Positions 8,480 to 18,097 of a stretch of DNA of 64,000 nucleotides are shown one piece after another. Positions within the stretch are counted from its first letter, which is position 1. Every line of letters begins with the position of its first letter. Below the pieces are notes generated by a model, which worked only from the letters and a program-made list of their open reading frames with translations, had not been told where the DNA came from and searched no databases. The translations under genes and the position numbers were made by a program. The DNA comes from a virus: IMG/VR virus record IMGVR_UViG_3300025879_001499, positions 7,263-71,262 of that record; one strand, given 5' to 3'.

Positions 8480-8809
8480 TTATTTTCCTGTATCGGATAA
8501 GGATTCCCCATCCTCTTCATCCATTTTCTGCACCAACATTTTATCTTTATCGGTATCACTAAACCAATAATCTATAATCTTACCATACGAACCTATCAAT
8601 GCTCCTAAAAGAAGTAGTAATAGTTCTTTCCACTCCCCACTTACTTCGGATTCCGAATGGATGGATAGTAGGATTCCCATTGTAATTGCCATAAAAGTGA
8701 TTAAGACTACTAAAGTCATTAACCACCTTCTATTCATCATTGATAAGAGTAATTTCTGAAATCCTCTTTCTTCTGGCTGTTCTTCGGGGTTGGGTTTATT
8801 TTCTAACAT
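8480..8809 (-). CDS. Two-TM membrane protein (possibly holin-like)
   Basis: Two hydrophobic helices, IIDYWF, acidic tail. Confidence 0.6.
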   Translation of the reverse strand: MLENKPNPEEQPEERGFQKLLLSMMNRRWLMTLVVLITFMAITMGILLSIHSESEVSGEWKELLLLLLGALIGSYGKIIDYWFSDTDKDKMLVQKMDEEDGESLSDTGK

Positions 8810-9445
8810 TTATTTCTTTTTCTTTAATCTACTCTTTTCTTTTCTACCTCTATTCTTACTTTCAGATTCGAAACCTACAATCTTACCACCTTTGTGTGAA
8901 GCATCTTTACCATCACCATTTCCGTAAGTACCTTTATCTCTATTGTACTTATTTAATTCAGCTCTATACTTCTTTGCTTTAGTTGATGATTGGAATTTCT
9001 TATACTCAGCTTTGTAATCTCTCTTAGCTTTCTCATCCAATTCAACTCTATCACTTTCGGTGAATTTTATGTTAGATTTTCCACCAAACTTCTCAGCTTC
9101 CTTTTCTCTGAATGCTGGTAAGTATTTGAATCGGGCTCTTTTTAGAACTTTCTTTTTCTTCTTAGCTACCCACTTTTCAATTTGTTTCCTTTGTATGATT
9201 GTTAGTTCCGATTTTGGAACATCTGGAAATAACTTATTCCTAAAGAATTCGTACACATCTCTATAAGCTGCTTTGTATGCTTTCTTATAAAGTTGTTCAC
9301 TACCTTTCTTTCTCAACATTGTACGTTGACGTTTACGTTGAATCAAACGTTGCTTACCAGCCATCGCTCGTTTACGAGCCAACTTCTGCATCGGAGTTAG
9401 AGCTTCCGTTTCAATTTCGGATAATATTTCAGTTAGTTTAATCAT
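8810..9445 (-). CDS. Basic protein with MIKLTEILSE leader and degenerate HNH-like C-terminal module
   Basis: Leader shared with 45012 and 47435; RDYKAEY...GDGKDASH...SKNR. Confidence 0.65.
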   Translation of the reverse strand: MIKLTEILSEIETEALTPMQKLARKRAMAGKQRLIQRKRQRTMLRKKGSEQLYKKAYKAAYRDVYEFFRNKLFPDVPKSELTIIQRKQIEKWVAKKKKKVLKRARFKYLPAFREKEAEKFGGKSNIKFTESDRVELDEKAKRDYKAEYKKFQSSTKAKKYRAELNKYNRDKGTYGNGDGKDASHKGGKIVGFESESKNRGRKEKSRLKKKK

Positions 9446-9921
9446 ATTCTACAAAATTCTAATCTTGTGGGACGTGCACCATCCCAATAGATTGCTTCTC
9501 CTGATTCTTGTGCATAAAAACCAGCGGGCGGTCTAATTGTTCCAGCTGAATTAGCCCAAAATTGAAGTTCACTTGCGGAAACAGTCATACGTCCATCATT
9601 ACCCCAATATTGACCCGGAGAACGGAATGAGTTTTGACAAGCTAAGTCTAAACTTCGTGTACTGGTATCGGAATTACCAGCCCAACCAACATTTCGTAAA
9701 GAAACAAAAGTTGGAACAGGTGGACGTGCACGGTGATTATATCCATACCATTCAGATATTGCAGCAGGATTACTACTATTTGGCCTTCTTGAACTATTTT
9801 GATTTATAGTAGCATAACCCCCATTCTCCGCTGTATCCAATGATATATACGATGATGAAACTCTACGAAGTTCCGTATTTATTTGAGACATTCCAATTTG
9901 TCCTGATGTGGGTAATGCCAT
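9442..9921 (-). CDS. Tail-fibre tip/adhesin-like virion protein
   Basis: MALPTSGQIGMSQINTEL...ISEWYGY N-terminus typical of phage fibre-associated proteins. Confidence 0.55.
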   Translation of the reverse strand: MALPTSGQIGMSQINTELRRVSSSYISLDTAENGGYATINQNSSRRPNSSNPAAISEWYGYNHRARPPVPTFVSLRNVGWAGNSDTSTRSLDLACQNSFRSPGQYWGNDGRMTVSASELQFWANSAGTIRPPAGFYAQESGEAIYWDGARPTRLEFCRI

Positions 9922-9936
9922 AGTTTATTACTTTTC

Positions 9937-9945
9937 TATAAATAT
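9937..9945 (-). promoter_or_regulatory. Putative late promoter ATATTTATA
   Basis: Recurs upstream of genes at 2560, 25341, 36542, 37838, 40255, 48952, 49300 and 61549; ATACTTAT variant at 23578, 57750 and 61522. Confidence 0.6.
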
Positions 9946-9955
9946 CAAAAAACAA

Positions 9956-9979
9956 AAAACCCCACCGAAGTGAGGTTTT
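9956..9979 (-). terminator. groEL intrinsic terminator with cUUCGg loop
   Basis: AAAACCTCAC-TTCG-GTGGGGTTTT followed by T tract. Confidence 0.85.
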
Positions 9980-10005
9980 CTTATCAATGATTCACAAATT
10001 GAGAA

Positions 10006-11643
10006 TTATCCCATCAACATTTGTGGTTGTTGAGGTTGGTTATTCTTTTCAGCCTTATCAACCACCATACATTCGGTAGTTAAAATCATACCCACAACTG
10101 AACTTGCGTTTTGTATTGCGGTACGAGTAACCTTCTTAGGGTCAATAATACCATCAGTAAACATATCCACAAATTCTTCACTCTTAGCGTTGTAACCCAA
10201 ATTATTACCTCCTTCAACATCCCAATGGTCAAATAGAGCTTTGATGATATCATCGGAACGTTGTCCAGCATTTTCCAAAATCTGAGTGATTGGTGCTCTC
10301 AATGCTTCTCTAATTACATCAACTCCATCTTCTTCCCATTGGTCCAAATCTGCGGTATTTGCAAATTCGGTTACGGCTTTCAAAGTACGAAGTAGAGCGA
10401 TACCACCACCTTCAACAACACCTTCTTCAATTGCCGATTTGGTAGCTTGAAGTGCATCATCTACTCTATCTTTCTTTTCCTTCAACTCTACCTCAGAACC
10501 AGCTCCGATGTAAAGAACTGCAACTCCACCAGCTAACTTAGCCAATCTCTCTTGCATCTTTTCCTTTTCGTAATCTGATTGCGAATCTTCAATTAGAGTT
10601 TTAATTTGTTGAACTCTCTCAGCGATTTCTTCACTTTCACCAGCTCCGTTTACCAAAGTAGTGTTATCCTTAGATACGATAACTTTCTCAGCTACACCCA
10701 ACATATCCAATGTTGCATCTTCTAACTTCATACCCACTTCAGGTTGGATGAATGTACCACCAGTTACCACAGCGATATCTTTCATAATCTCTTTCTTTCT
10801 ATCACCGAAAGCTGGTGCTTTAACTGCACATACATTAAGAGCTCCTCTGAGTTTGTTTACTACTAATGTACCTAACACTTCACCTTCCACATCATCAGCG
10901 ATAATCACTAATGGTTTTGAGGTTTGAGCAACACCTTCCAATAGAGTAAGGATATCGTTCATATTTGAGATTCTACCATCGTATAATAAGATGTAAGGAT
11001 TCTCTAACTCAGCCTGCATCTTCTCTTGGTTGGTAGCGAAGTGAGTTGAAAGGTATCCCTTATCAAACTGCATACCATCTACTACCTCCATATAGGTTTG
11101 CATACCTTTGGATTCTTCAACAGTAATCACACCATCTTTTCCAACTTTCTCAAACGCATCAGCGATAAGTTTACCGATGTTCTCATCACCATTTGCTGAT
11201 ACTGTTGCGATTTGTTCTACCTTATCACCAACTTTGATTGCTTGGTTTGATAGTTCGTTTACAATAATATCCACTGCCTTATCCATACCTCTTTTGAGGA
11301 ATACTGGATTTGTACCAGCTTCTACCATTTCAAAACCTTTCTTAGCGATAGCTTGTGCTAAGACTGTTGCTGTTGTTGTACCATCACCAGCAGAATCGGC
11401 TGTTCGTTGTGATACATCCTTTACCAATTGTGCTCCCATATTAAGGTATGGATTTTCCAAATGGATTTCCTTTGCTACACTCACACCATCTTTGGTAATG
11501 TGTGGTTGACCTGGTCCTTTTTGGAGTAGAACATTTCTACCCATCGGTCCAAGTGTTACTTTTACTGCATCCGCTAGGATATCTAATCCGGTTTTCAGAG
11601 CTTCTCTTGCTTCTGAATTGAACTTCAATTGTTTACTTGCCAT
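10006..11643 (-). CDS. groEL: Chaperonin GroEL
   Basis: VTLGPMGRNV, ITKDGVSVAKEI, GDGTTTAT, KAPAFGD, ERLAKLAGGVAV. Confidence 0.98.
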   Translation of the reverse strand: MASKQLKFNSEAREALKTGLDILADAVKVTLGPMGRNVLLQKGPGQPHITKDGVSVAKEIHLENPYLNMGAQLVKDVSQRTADSAGDGTTTATVLAQAIAKKGFEMVEAGTNPVFLKRGMDKAVDIIVNELSNQAIKVGDKVEQIATVSANGDENIGKLIADAFEKVGKDGVITVEESKGMQTYMEVVDGMQFDKGYLSTHFATNQEKMQAELENPYILLYDGRISNMNDILTLLEGVAQTSKPLVIIADDVEGEVLGTLVVNKLRGALNVCAVKAPAFGDRKKEIMKDIAVVTGGTFIQPEVGMKLEDATLDMLGVAEKVIVSKDNTTLVNGAGESEEIAERVQQIKTLIEDSQSDYEKEKMQERLAKLAGGVAVLYIGAGSEVELKEKKDRVDDALQATKSAIEEGVVEGGGIALLRTLKAVTEFANTADLDQWEEDGVDVIREALRAPITQILENAGQRSDDIIKALFDHWDVEGGNNLGYNAKSEEFVDMFTDGIIDPKKVTRTAIQNASSVVGMILTTECMVVDKAEKNNQPQQPQMLMG

Positions 11644-11646
11644 AAC

Positions 11647-11937
11647 TTATACTATCATTAAAATTTCTGATTCTCTTACTAAGAAGTAATCCTCACCATC
11701 CAATCGAACCTTCTGTCCACTTCCATTGTTGATAAGAACTTTATTACCTACTTCTACACTTAATTTAATTAGTTCACCATTACCACCAATGAATCCATCG
11801 GATACTGAAACTACTTCAGCGGTTTGAATGGTTTGAGTGGATTGATTTAAAATAATACCACCAGTTGATTTTTTCTCAGATACCTCTTCTAATTTAAGAA
11901 GAACCCTATCTGCAAGGGGTTTGCCATAAACTACCAT
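11647..11937 (-). CDS. groES: Co-chaperonin GroES
   Basis: KPLADRVL, STGGIIL mobile loop, VRESEIL; adjacent to groEL. Confidence 0.95.
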   Translation of the reverse strand: MVVYGKPLADRVLLKLEEVSEKKSTGGIILNQSTQTIQTAEVVSVSDGFIGGNGELIKLSVEVGNKVLINNGSGQKVRLDGEDYFLVRESEILMIV

Positions 11938-11947
11938 AAACTTATTT

Positions 11948-12205
11948 TTATTTTATTTGTTCGTAATCATTTACTAAATCTCTGAAGATAGCACATAATT
12001 CGTACTCTTCTATATCTTCATTATACTTCATTAATAACTCAATCCAATCCACACCGAAACCTTTTACTAATTCAATAGGGTCAACTTCATATCTATGGTA
12101 TGCTTCCATAAACTCCTGAGTTAAATCCATCAACATAGCTTCTTTAGGTTCACCAAAGTGTTTTATGAATCCTTTAACTGTCTTTATATCTTCTAATTCA
12201 AACAT
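11948..12205 (-). CDS. Hypothetical protein with UVR-like C-terminus
   Basis: EEYELCAIFRD; likely start MFELED. Confidence 0.55.
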   Translation of the reverse strand: MFELEDIKTVKGFIKHFGEPKEAMLMDLTQEFMEAYHRYEVDPIELVKGFGVDWIELLMKYNEDIEEYELCAIFRDLVNDYEQIK

Positions 12206-12255
12206 AGTTACAAATATACGAAAAATATTCCAATTATACAAATACTGACAAATCG

Positions 12256-12924
12256 TCAGTACATTTTTATTTTAGGGAACAAAACTTCCTTCATAAAGTA
12301 CTCTGCTCTCTCTTTTCCAATGTTTGCCGTTAATGCTCCCATTGTTCTTTTGTTGGATGCTTGGTGTTCACAATATGTATTCTGATTTTCTATGATGGTT
12401 TCAATATCATTTACATCATCAGTAATATCCTCATCCGAATTTACCTTATCCATCCACTTTTGAAATGCTTCAAATCCAACTTCGAAGATTTTCTCATATT
12501 CATCCTCAGTAGGTCTTACTGCAATGAAACTCTCAGAAAATACAGTTGCCCAAACGGGTAACTTTCTATCTTTATTCCAAGTTGAATCGTGCCATTTCTC
12601 TTCGTACATCACAGGAGACCAATCTATGAATACTCCACTAATCTTCGATGTACCCTTTTCTTCATCTTCATAACCTACTACATCAAACCCAAAGATAGGT
12701 GCCTTAGAATTCTCAGTTGGGAAAGCAGTAATGTGTACCACTTGCAATCCTTTGTGAGAATATCTTTCAACATGAGCCAATCTGAATTTATCATTTTCAT
12801 AGCGATAATTTTCCCATCCGTAATCATCAGTTGGTACTTCAGTAACCCCACTCTGAGATTCTATCAGTTCTTTGAACTTCTCTGAGTGGTAGTATATCCT
12901 ATCTTTTAGTTTGTAGTAACTCAT
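12256..12924 (-). CDS. pcyA: Ferredoxin-dependent bilin reductase, PcyA-like
   Basis: FRLAHVE, VVHITAFP, PIFGFDVV, RKLPVWATVFS, NQNTYCEHQASN and VLFP match PcyA motifs. Confidence 0.85.
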   Translation of the reverse strand: MSYYKLKDRIYYHSEKFKELIESQSGVTEVPTDDYGWENYRYENDKFRLAHVERYSHKGLQVVHITAFPTENSKAPIFGFDVVGYEDEEKGTSKISGVFIDWSPVMYEEKWHDSTWNKDRKLPVWATVFSESFIAVRPTEDEYEKIFEVGFEAFQKWMDKVNSDEDITDDVNDIETIIENQNTYCEHQASNKRTMGALTANIGKERAEYFMKEVLFPKIKMY

Positions 12925-13433
12925 AGTGTTTTTTCCAATTCTCCCATGATATCAATCATAAAATCAAAACCTCTATTCACTTCATCAGCCCACTCATCTT
13001 TTTGGATTGCTCTAATGTGTGCAGCAGATTCGTTCATATCTTCGAACTCATACATATTACCATCACCTGGCGTAACTCTCTTCATCATCTGCCCACCAAA
13101 CATAATGGCTAGGTAGTTAAGATAGATGTGAGCATTTACAGTCTCTTGGTCTAAATCTTTGAGGTAGTTTACATATCGTAGAGTAGCCTCATCAGTTTTG
13201 ATAGTTCTACCAATGTTCAATGAACTGATATCTTTACTAACTGCATACTTTCGTTTCAATCCTTCATGTGGCATCTCAAAGTTATCTTCGATAATTGAGA
13301 ATATTCCCAACTGAGATGTTAGGTATTGTGCATATTGTTCGTTGGTTAGTTCACCTTTAAACATTTTCACATTGAATGGCATTCTTTCTACCTCTTTGTG
13401 TTTATCGTGTGTTGCTTCTTTTAGTGGTTTCAT
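12921..13433 (-). CDS. Heme oxygenase
   Basis: LKEATHDKHKEVE (proximal His), AHIY...FGGQ, YEF; ATGA overlap with the bilin reductase. Confidence 0.88.
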   Translation of the reverse strand: MKPLKEATHDKHKEVERMPFNVKMFKGELTNEQYAQYLTSQLGIFSIIEDNFEMPHEGLKRKYAVSKDISSLNIGRTIKTDEATLRYVNYLKDLDQETVNAHIYLNYLAIMFGGQMMKRVTPGDGNMYEFEDMNESAAHIRAIQKDEWADEVNRGFDFMIDIMGELEKTL

Positions 13434-13666
13434 AATTTTGTTATTTCTATTACTATTTCAGTTTTGTTACGATGGAGTTCATACCCAGTCCATCTATTAT
13501 CTAATTTGAATATCTTTGAAAAATTAAATACCTCAATCTCATTACCATCTACCCACCCCATAAGTGAATTGGGTGCATAATCTATACCTAAACTGGTTAT
13601 TTTATTTTCCAAATATAGTTTTCTTATGTGTGGTTTTAAATTTAATATTGGTATGTGTATTGTCAT
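13430..13666 (-). CDS. Hypothetical protein
   Basis: ORF track; ATGA overlaps. Confidence 0.55.
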   Translation of the reverse strand: MTIHIPILNLKPHIRKLYLENKITSLGIDYAPNSLMGWVDGNEIEVFNFSKIFKLDNRWTGYELHRNKTEIVIEITKL

Positions 13667-13857
13667 TTTTTATTTATGTTTGTCAAAATTTCACCCAATT
13701 CATAAATAGTATCTACTGCCCAAACGCACCCACAATCGTTAGGTCTAAATACCCACTCATTCAATCCATCTAATATAATGTTTCCTGCATGCTTGCCTGT
13801 ATTTTTGGATACTACTTTGATATTTCTATCATCTATGGGTTGTATTTCTAATCTCAT
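13663..13857 (-). CDS. Hypothetical protein
   Basis: ORF track; ATGA overlaps. Confidence 0.55.
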   Translation of the reverse strand: MRLEIQPIDDRNIKVVSKNTGKHAGNIILDGLNEWVFRPNDCGCVWAVDTIYELGEILTNINKK

Positions 13858-14032
13858 CTTTTTACCCAGTTATCGTTTTCTTTAATTCTTTATACTTCTC
13901 TTTCCAATCATAAACATTATCCCTCTCTTCCAAAAGTTCGTTCATAATCTTCTCATTTTCTTCTTTGAGTTTAACAATCTCCTTTTCCAAAGATTCTATT
14001 TTAATCTCATATAGTCTTGAATAATCCATATC

Positions 14033-15049
14033 TTAATTACTTAGAGGTGCTTTAATTGTTGGGTGATATTCATAATCGTTGATTGTGTAATCAAACTCAC
14101 CATTAAGTATATCCACATTTGAGAACTCGGCTGTTGGTAGTTTGTATGGGTCTCTACCAATTTGTTCTTTGGCTTGTTGGATGTGGTTCTTATATAGATG
14201 TACATCACCTAAGTTACCAATCAACTCACCAGCAATCATATTACATTCATCAGCTATGAGTTGTAGTAACGTACCATATGATGCGATGTTAAATGGTAAT
14301 CCTAAGAATGTATCCACACTTCTCTGATTCCACATTAGTGATACCACTTTGTATTTACCAGGATTTACAATCTTTTCTTCTCTCGTAGAATTCCTCGTAT
14401 AGAGTTGGAATCCATAATGACATGGGGGTAGAGTCATTTCGTCTAACTCACCCACATTCCAAGCTGATACCATCAATCGTCTACTATCAGGATTGTTTTT
14501 TAAATCTACAATCACCTTAGCAATCTGGTCAATTTGTAGTAGGTAACCTTCACCCTTAGCAACATTAAACTTTTGTGATTTCCAATCTCTCCATTGCTTT
14601 CCATAGATAGGACCTAACTCACCCCATTTACGAGCAAACTCATCATCGGTTTTGATTTTTTCAATGAATTCTTCTTGTGATAGAGGCCCACAATCACAAG
14701 TATCGGTATGACCACAATAACAATCTATATAATTATCCCAATCCCCACTTTTTGGTTTAGATTGTTTACTAATATAGTTCTTATACGCATCACCATTCCA
14801 AATGTTGCATCCGTTATCAACCAAATATTTGATGTTGGTATCTCCCTTTAAGAACCACTTCAATTCAGTCATCATAGTTTTGACTGCCATCTTCTTTGTA
14901 GTTAGGAGTGGGAATCCCTCACTCATATCGTGTCTGATTTGTTTACCAAACACACTAATAGTACCAGTTCCAGTTCTATCTTCCTTTTCTACACCTTTAC
15001 CCAAAATGTGTTGTAGTAATGCTTTGTACTTTAAATCTAAATTATTCAT
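14033..15049 (-). CDS. thyA: Thymidylate synthase
   Basis: DRTGTGT, FPLLTTKK, LGPIYGKQWR, LPPCH, NQRSVD.FLGLPFN, GDVHLY. Confidence 0.98.
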   Translation of the reverse strand: MNNLDLKYKALLQHILGKGVEKEDRTGTGTISVFGKQIRHDMSEGFPLLTTKKMAVKTMMTELKWFLKGDTNIKYLVDNGCNIWNGDAYKNYISKQSKPKSGDWDNYIDCYCGHTDTCDCGPLSQEEFIEKIKTDDEFARKWGELGPIYGKQWRDWKSQKFNVAKGEGYLLQIDQIAKVIVDLKNNPDSRRLMVSAWNVGELDEMTLPPCHYGFQLYTRNSTREEKIVNPGKYKVVSLMWNQRSVDTFLGLPFNIASYGTLLQLIADECNMIAGELIGNLGDVHLYKNHIQQAKEQIGRDPYKLPTAEFSNVDILNGEFDYTINDYEYHPTIKAPLSN

Positions 15050-15371
15050 CTTTATTTATAAAATATATGTTATCTTTTTTCATATTGTATGATACCCCAT
15101 TCTCTGAGGTAATCATTATTTCAAAACCACAACCAGACCATTTAAAATCAGGTGTTAGTTCAACTAAATTCTCTTCAGTTATTTGTACTTTAGTGCTCAT
15201 TTTACTTAAACCTACTAACATTTTTCGGTTAGTTTCTGTATCAGCATTAAGTTGATGTGTGATAGAAACTCCTTTAACAGTTCCTTTTACTTCACCACCA
15301 TATTTGCTTTTGTAAACGAAATCTAAACCTACCAGGTCTTTTTGTAAACCCTTTAATATATTTTCAAACAT
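15042..15371 (-). CDS. Hypothetical protein
   Basis: ORF track. Confidence 0.55.
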   Translation of the reverse strand: MFENILKGLQKDLVGLDFVYKSKYGGEVKGTVKGVSITHQLNADTETNRKMLVGLSKMSTKVQITEENLVELTPDFKWSGCGFEIMITSENGVSYNMKKDNIYFINKDE

Positions 15372-15385
15372 ACTAACTTTTTATT

Positions 15386-15667
15386 TTAATCACTTTTACA
15401 AGTTATTATTTCTACTTCTGTTTCTCTACTCTTTTCTCTTGGTAGTTCAGGACATAATACATCTTTAATGAAAGATTTTGCTTCTTCTATTGTTTTAAAT
15501 TTTGTTCTAACTTTATAACAATCACCCCAAATCCATTCTTCATGTTTAATATCCTTCCAATAATACTCCCATAAGAATTTTTTACGTTGTTGGATGTAGT
15601 AGTATTCGTTTGCTACTTTACCACTTTCATTAAAGTATTCGTAGTGTTTAATTCTAAAATCTGACAT
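15386..15667 (-). CDS. Hypothetical protein
   Basis: ORF track; YYIQ.RK.FLW...F.TIEEA pattern. Confidence 0.55.
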   Translation of the reverse strand: MSDFRIKHYEYFNESGKVANEYYYIQQRKKFLWEYYWKDIKHEEWIWGDCYKVRTKFKTIEEAKSFIKDVLCPELPREKSRETEVEIITCKSD

Positions 15668-15847
15668 GTTTTTATTGTATTAATTCAAATATATTTCCGT
15701 TACTTGTTCTATCATTTTATTTATTCTTTGTATTTTTTATAGAAAGCCTTTTTTGCTTTCTCATTTTTTAATGCAAACTCCAAATGTAGAACGTAATCAA
15801 AGATTTCTCTGTTAACCTTATGGTGTATGATTTCGTTATCTTTGTTT

Positions 15848-16207
15848 CTAATACTTAAATAATTCATAATTACTATTTTCAGTTTTGAACTTAATATAAT
15901 CATCTCGTTGTTCCACAATTTCGGTGATGGTTGTGGTTTGCCAAGTAAAGAATTGATTGAATGGAGACATCATTAAGGAAAGACCAGGCGCTGGTAGTGG
16001 ATGTGTTTTTTTGTATGTACCATCCGCATTCCACTCTAACCATTTAATATCTTTGGATTGTTTAAGTAATCCATCTCTTTCTCTGATGAGTTTCCAATGA
16101 AATTCATTTTCAACGATTCCCAACAATTCAGCTTGTAACGGGTCTAATTGTAGGTTTCCATCTTCATCAAAGGAAACTACTAATTTTGGTTGTACTCCAC
16201 CTATCAT
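15848..16207 (-). CDS. Hypothetical phage protein
   Basis: WQTTTITEI...FKTENSNYEL. Confidence 0.6.
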   Translation of the reverse strand: MIGGVQPKLVVSFDEDGNLQLDPLQAELLGIVENEFHWKLIRERDGLLKQSKDIKWLEWNADGTYKKTHPLPAPGLSLMMSPFNQFFTWQTTTITEIVEQRDDYIKFKTENSNYELFKY

Positions 16208-17124
16208 AAGTTTTCTTCCTTTAAATATATCGTTAACCAATCTGTAAGAACATCACCATTTGCAATTTCAAAAGATTCAAATGTAACTTTTTCATAATCT
16301 ATTGCTCTTGATAATCCTAATTCAAAAATGGGTTTTGATAAATGTTCTTCTTTTTTAATTAAATCACCATAATATGTTTTCGATTGATATTGTAAATCAA
16401 ATTCATCGGTTTCATATAATATATGTTTAGCAAATTTAGATGATAAGTGTCCAATCATCCAACTATGATGATTACCATTTTTTTGTAAAAAATAAGAAAC
16501 AGGTGGGCAATATACGTTGGTATCTGATGTATGGATATTTGTATCTGCTGCAAACTGAATTGGTGTGTTATTTTCAATCAATTTACTAGCACCCCTCTTA
16601 TTAATAATATATGAATGTGCAGCCCATTCGGTTGTTGGCATTTTCATCTTTTTTAAGATTTTAGTATCAATAGAATCATCATCTATCTGATTCATATGTT
16701 TACTTACTTGTCCCAATTGAATCACATCCCAATCAATATTTTTAGTATCCTCTAAAAAATAATCATATGCAGGTGTATTTCCGATAAATGTTCTAAGAGC
16801 AGTATGTGTCAAACTTGCATCATCTTCCAATATCAATGCAGTTTCCATATCACTTTGTTTTAAAAAATCTTTGTAAATATTTTGATGTGATAATGCACAT
16901 CCATATATTGATTTACTCAAAACTCCACTATAATCTCTATACTTAGAACTAATAGTACCATCTAACAAAAGTTGATTAATATCCAATGTATTACCATCTA
17001 TTGCACTTACCCATTCTATCTTATTTTCATCAAATCCAGCAGATAATAAATCATTCTTAATAGTATCTCTACGAATTGTTGCTGAATCTAAAGATATAAT
17101 GTAAATTTTATCTACCCATTTCAT
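16204..17124 (-). CDS. Glycosyltransferase family 25
   Basis: YIISLD...RR, AIDG, GCALSH, LILEDDA, AHSYII. Confidence 0.9.
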   Translation of the reverse strand: MKWVDKIYIISLDSATIRRDTIKNDLLSAGFDENKIEWVSAIDGNTLDINQLLLDGTISSKYRDYSGVLSKSIYGCALSHQNIYKDFLKQSDMETALILEDDASLTHTALRTFIGNTPAYDYFLEDTKNIDWDVIQLGQVSKHMNQIDDDSIDTKILKKMKMPTTEWAAHSYIINKRGASKLIENNTPIQFAADTNIHTSDTNVYCPPVSYFLQKNGNHHSWMIGHLSSKFAKHILYETDEFDLQYQSKTYYGDLIKKEEHLSKPIFELGLSRAIDYEKVTFESFEIANGDVLTDWLTIYLKEENL

Positions 17125-17273
17125 AAACTATCTTCTTTACCTGATTCTCTTGCTAATACTAACCCTACACCAATCATCATACCACCCACAAATCCCCATA
17201 GGATTCCATTGAATTGTAAAAAATAGATACCTAATATTGAAATTAATAATGCATGTTTATAAGTACTCATAAC

Positions 17274-17576
17274 CTAATAAAATTCGTTGTATAAATAAAG
17301 TCCATATCCCAAAAGTAAGTTGAAATTAACTATTACTAAATTCCATTGCTTTGCTATCCATACTTGTGGTAGTGAAAGTACAGCTCCAACTAAGTAAGTC
17401 CATGCACCTAATGAATCATATTTTAGTAAATAAGGAGACATCATAATAAATGATGTACCCATATAACCCAAACGATTTCCCAATCGTTCTAATGGAGTCA
17501 GCTTTTTATCTAACACAAAAATTTTAAGTATCCTATTCAACATAGGATATTGTGTGGTATTTTTGGATTTACCCAT
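17274..17576 (-). CDS. Small multi-pass membrane protein
   Basis: Three hydrophobic segments. Confidence 0.6.
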   Translation of the reverse strand: MGKSKNTTQYPMLNRILKIFVLDKKLTPLERLGNRLGYMGTSFIMMSPYLLKYDSLGAWTYLVGAVLSLPQVWIAKQWNLVIVNFNLLLGYGLYLYNEFY

Positions 17577-17880
17577 ATCTTTATTGTTTAATTATTAATT
17601 TTTACAGTTCACGTTGTTGGCTAACACCACATAAATTTAATTGCTCTTTATGGTATATTTTTGCATAAGCCTTTATGTCTGCTTTATGGCACTTAAACCA
17701 ATGCTTATCACTATCGTCAACATACGTAAGTATTTTATCTAAAAACTTTTCACTTTCTGTCATATCTTATATTTTACGTTTTGAATAATCACATAATTTA
17801 TGATAACCACATTGATAGCATAAACAATGGTTACCTAATATCCATCTTGCTAATTTAATTTTTAATCGTCTAATCATAAC

Positions 17881-18096
17881 TTATTTCAATTTATATTTCT
17901 TCGTATAACGTTCTATAAATGCTTCACCAACACCAATATCCAATATCTCATAGTTATGTGGGATAGCTGGTTTTCTTTTGTTAGCATCTATAATATCATC
18001 CAATCTAATGGTACGGAATACTTCAAGATACACTTTACCATACTTTCGTTTTTTGTAGGTAACTACAACCGGTATTTGCTGATTTAGATTTCCCAT
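17881..18096 (-). CDS. Hypothetical protein
   Basis: ORF track. Confidence 0.55.
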   Translation of the reverse strand: MGNLNQQIPVVVTYKKRKYGKVYLEVFRTIRLDDIIDANKRKPAIPHNYEILDIGVGEAFIERYTKKYKLK

Positions 18097-18097
18097 A

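Noticed and set aside
14033-15049. Intron or intein in thyA
   Set aside because: The ORF is continuous, and the insertion is short and lacks splicing motifs.
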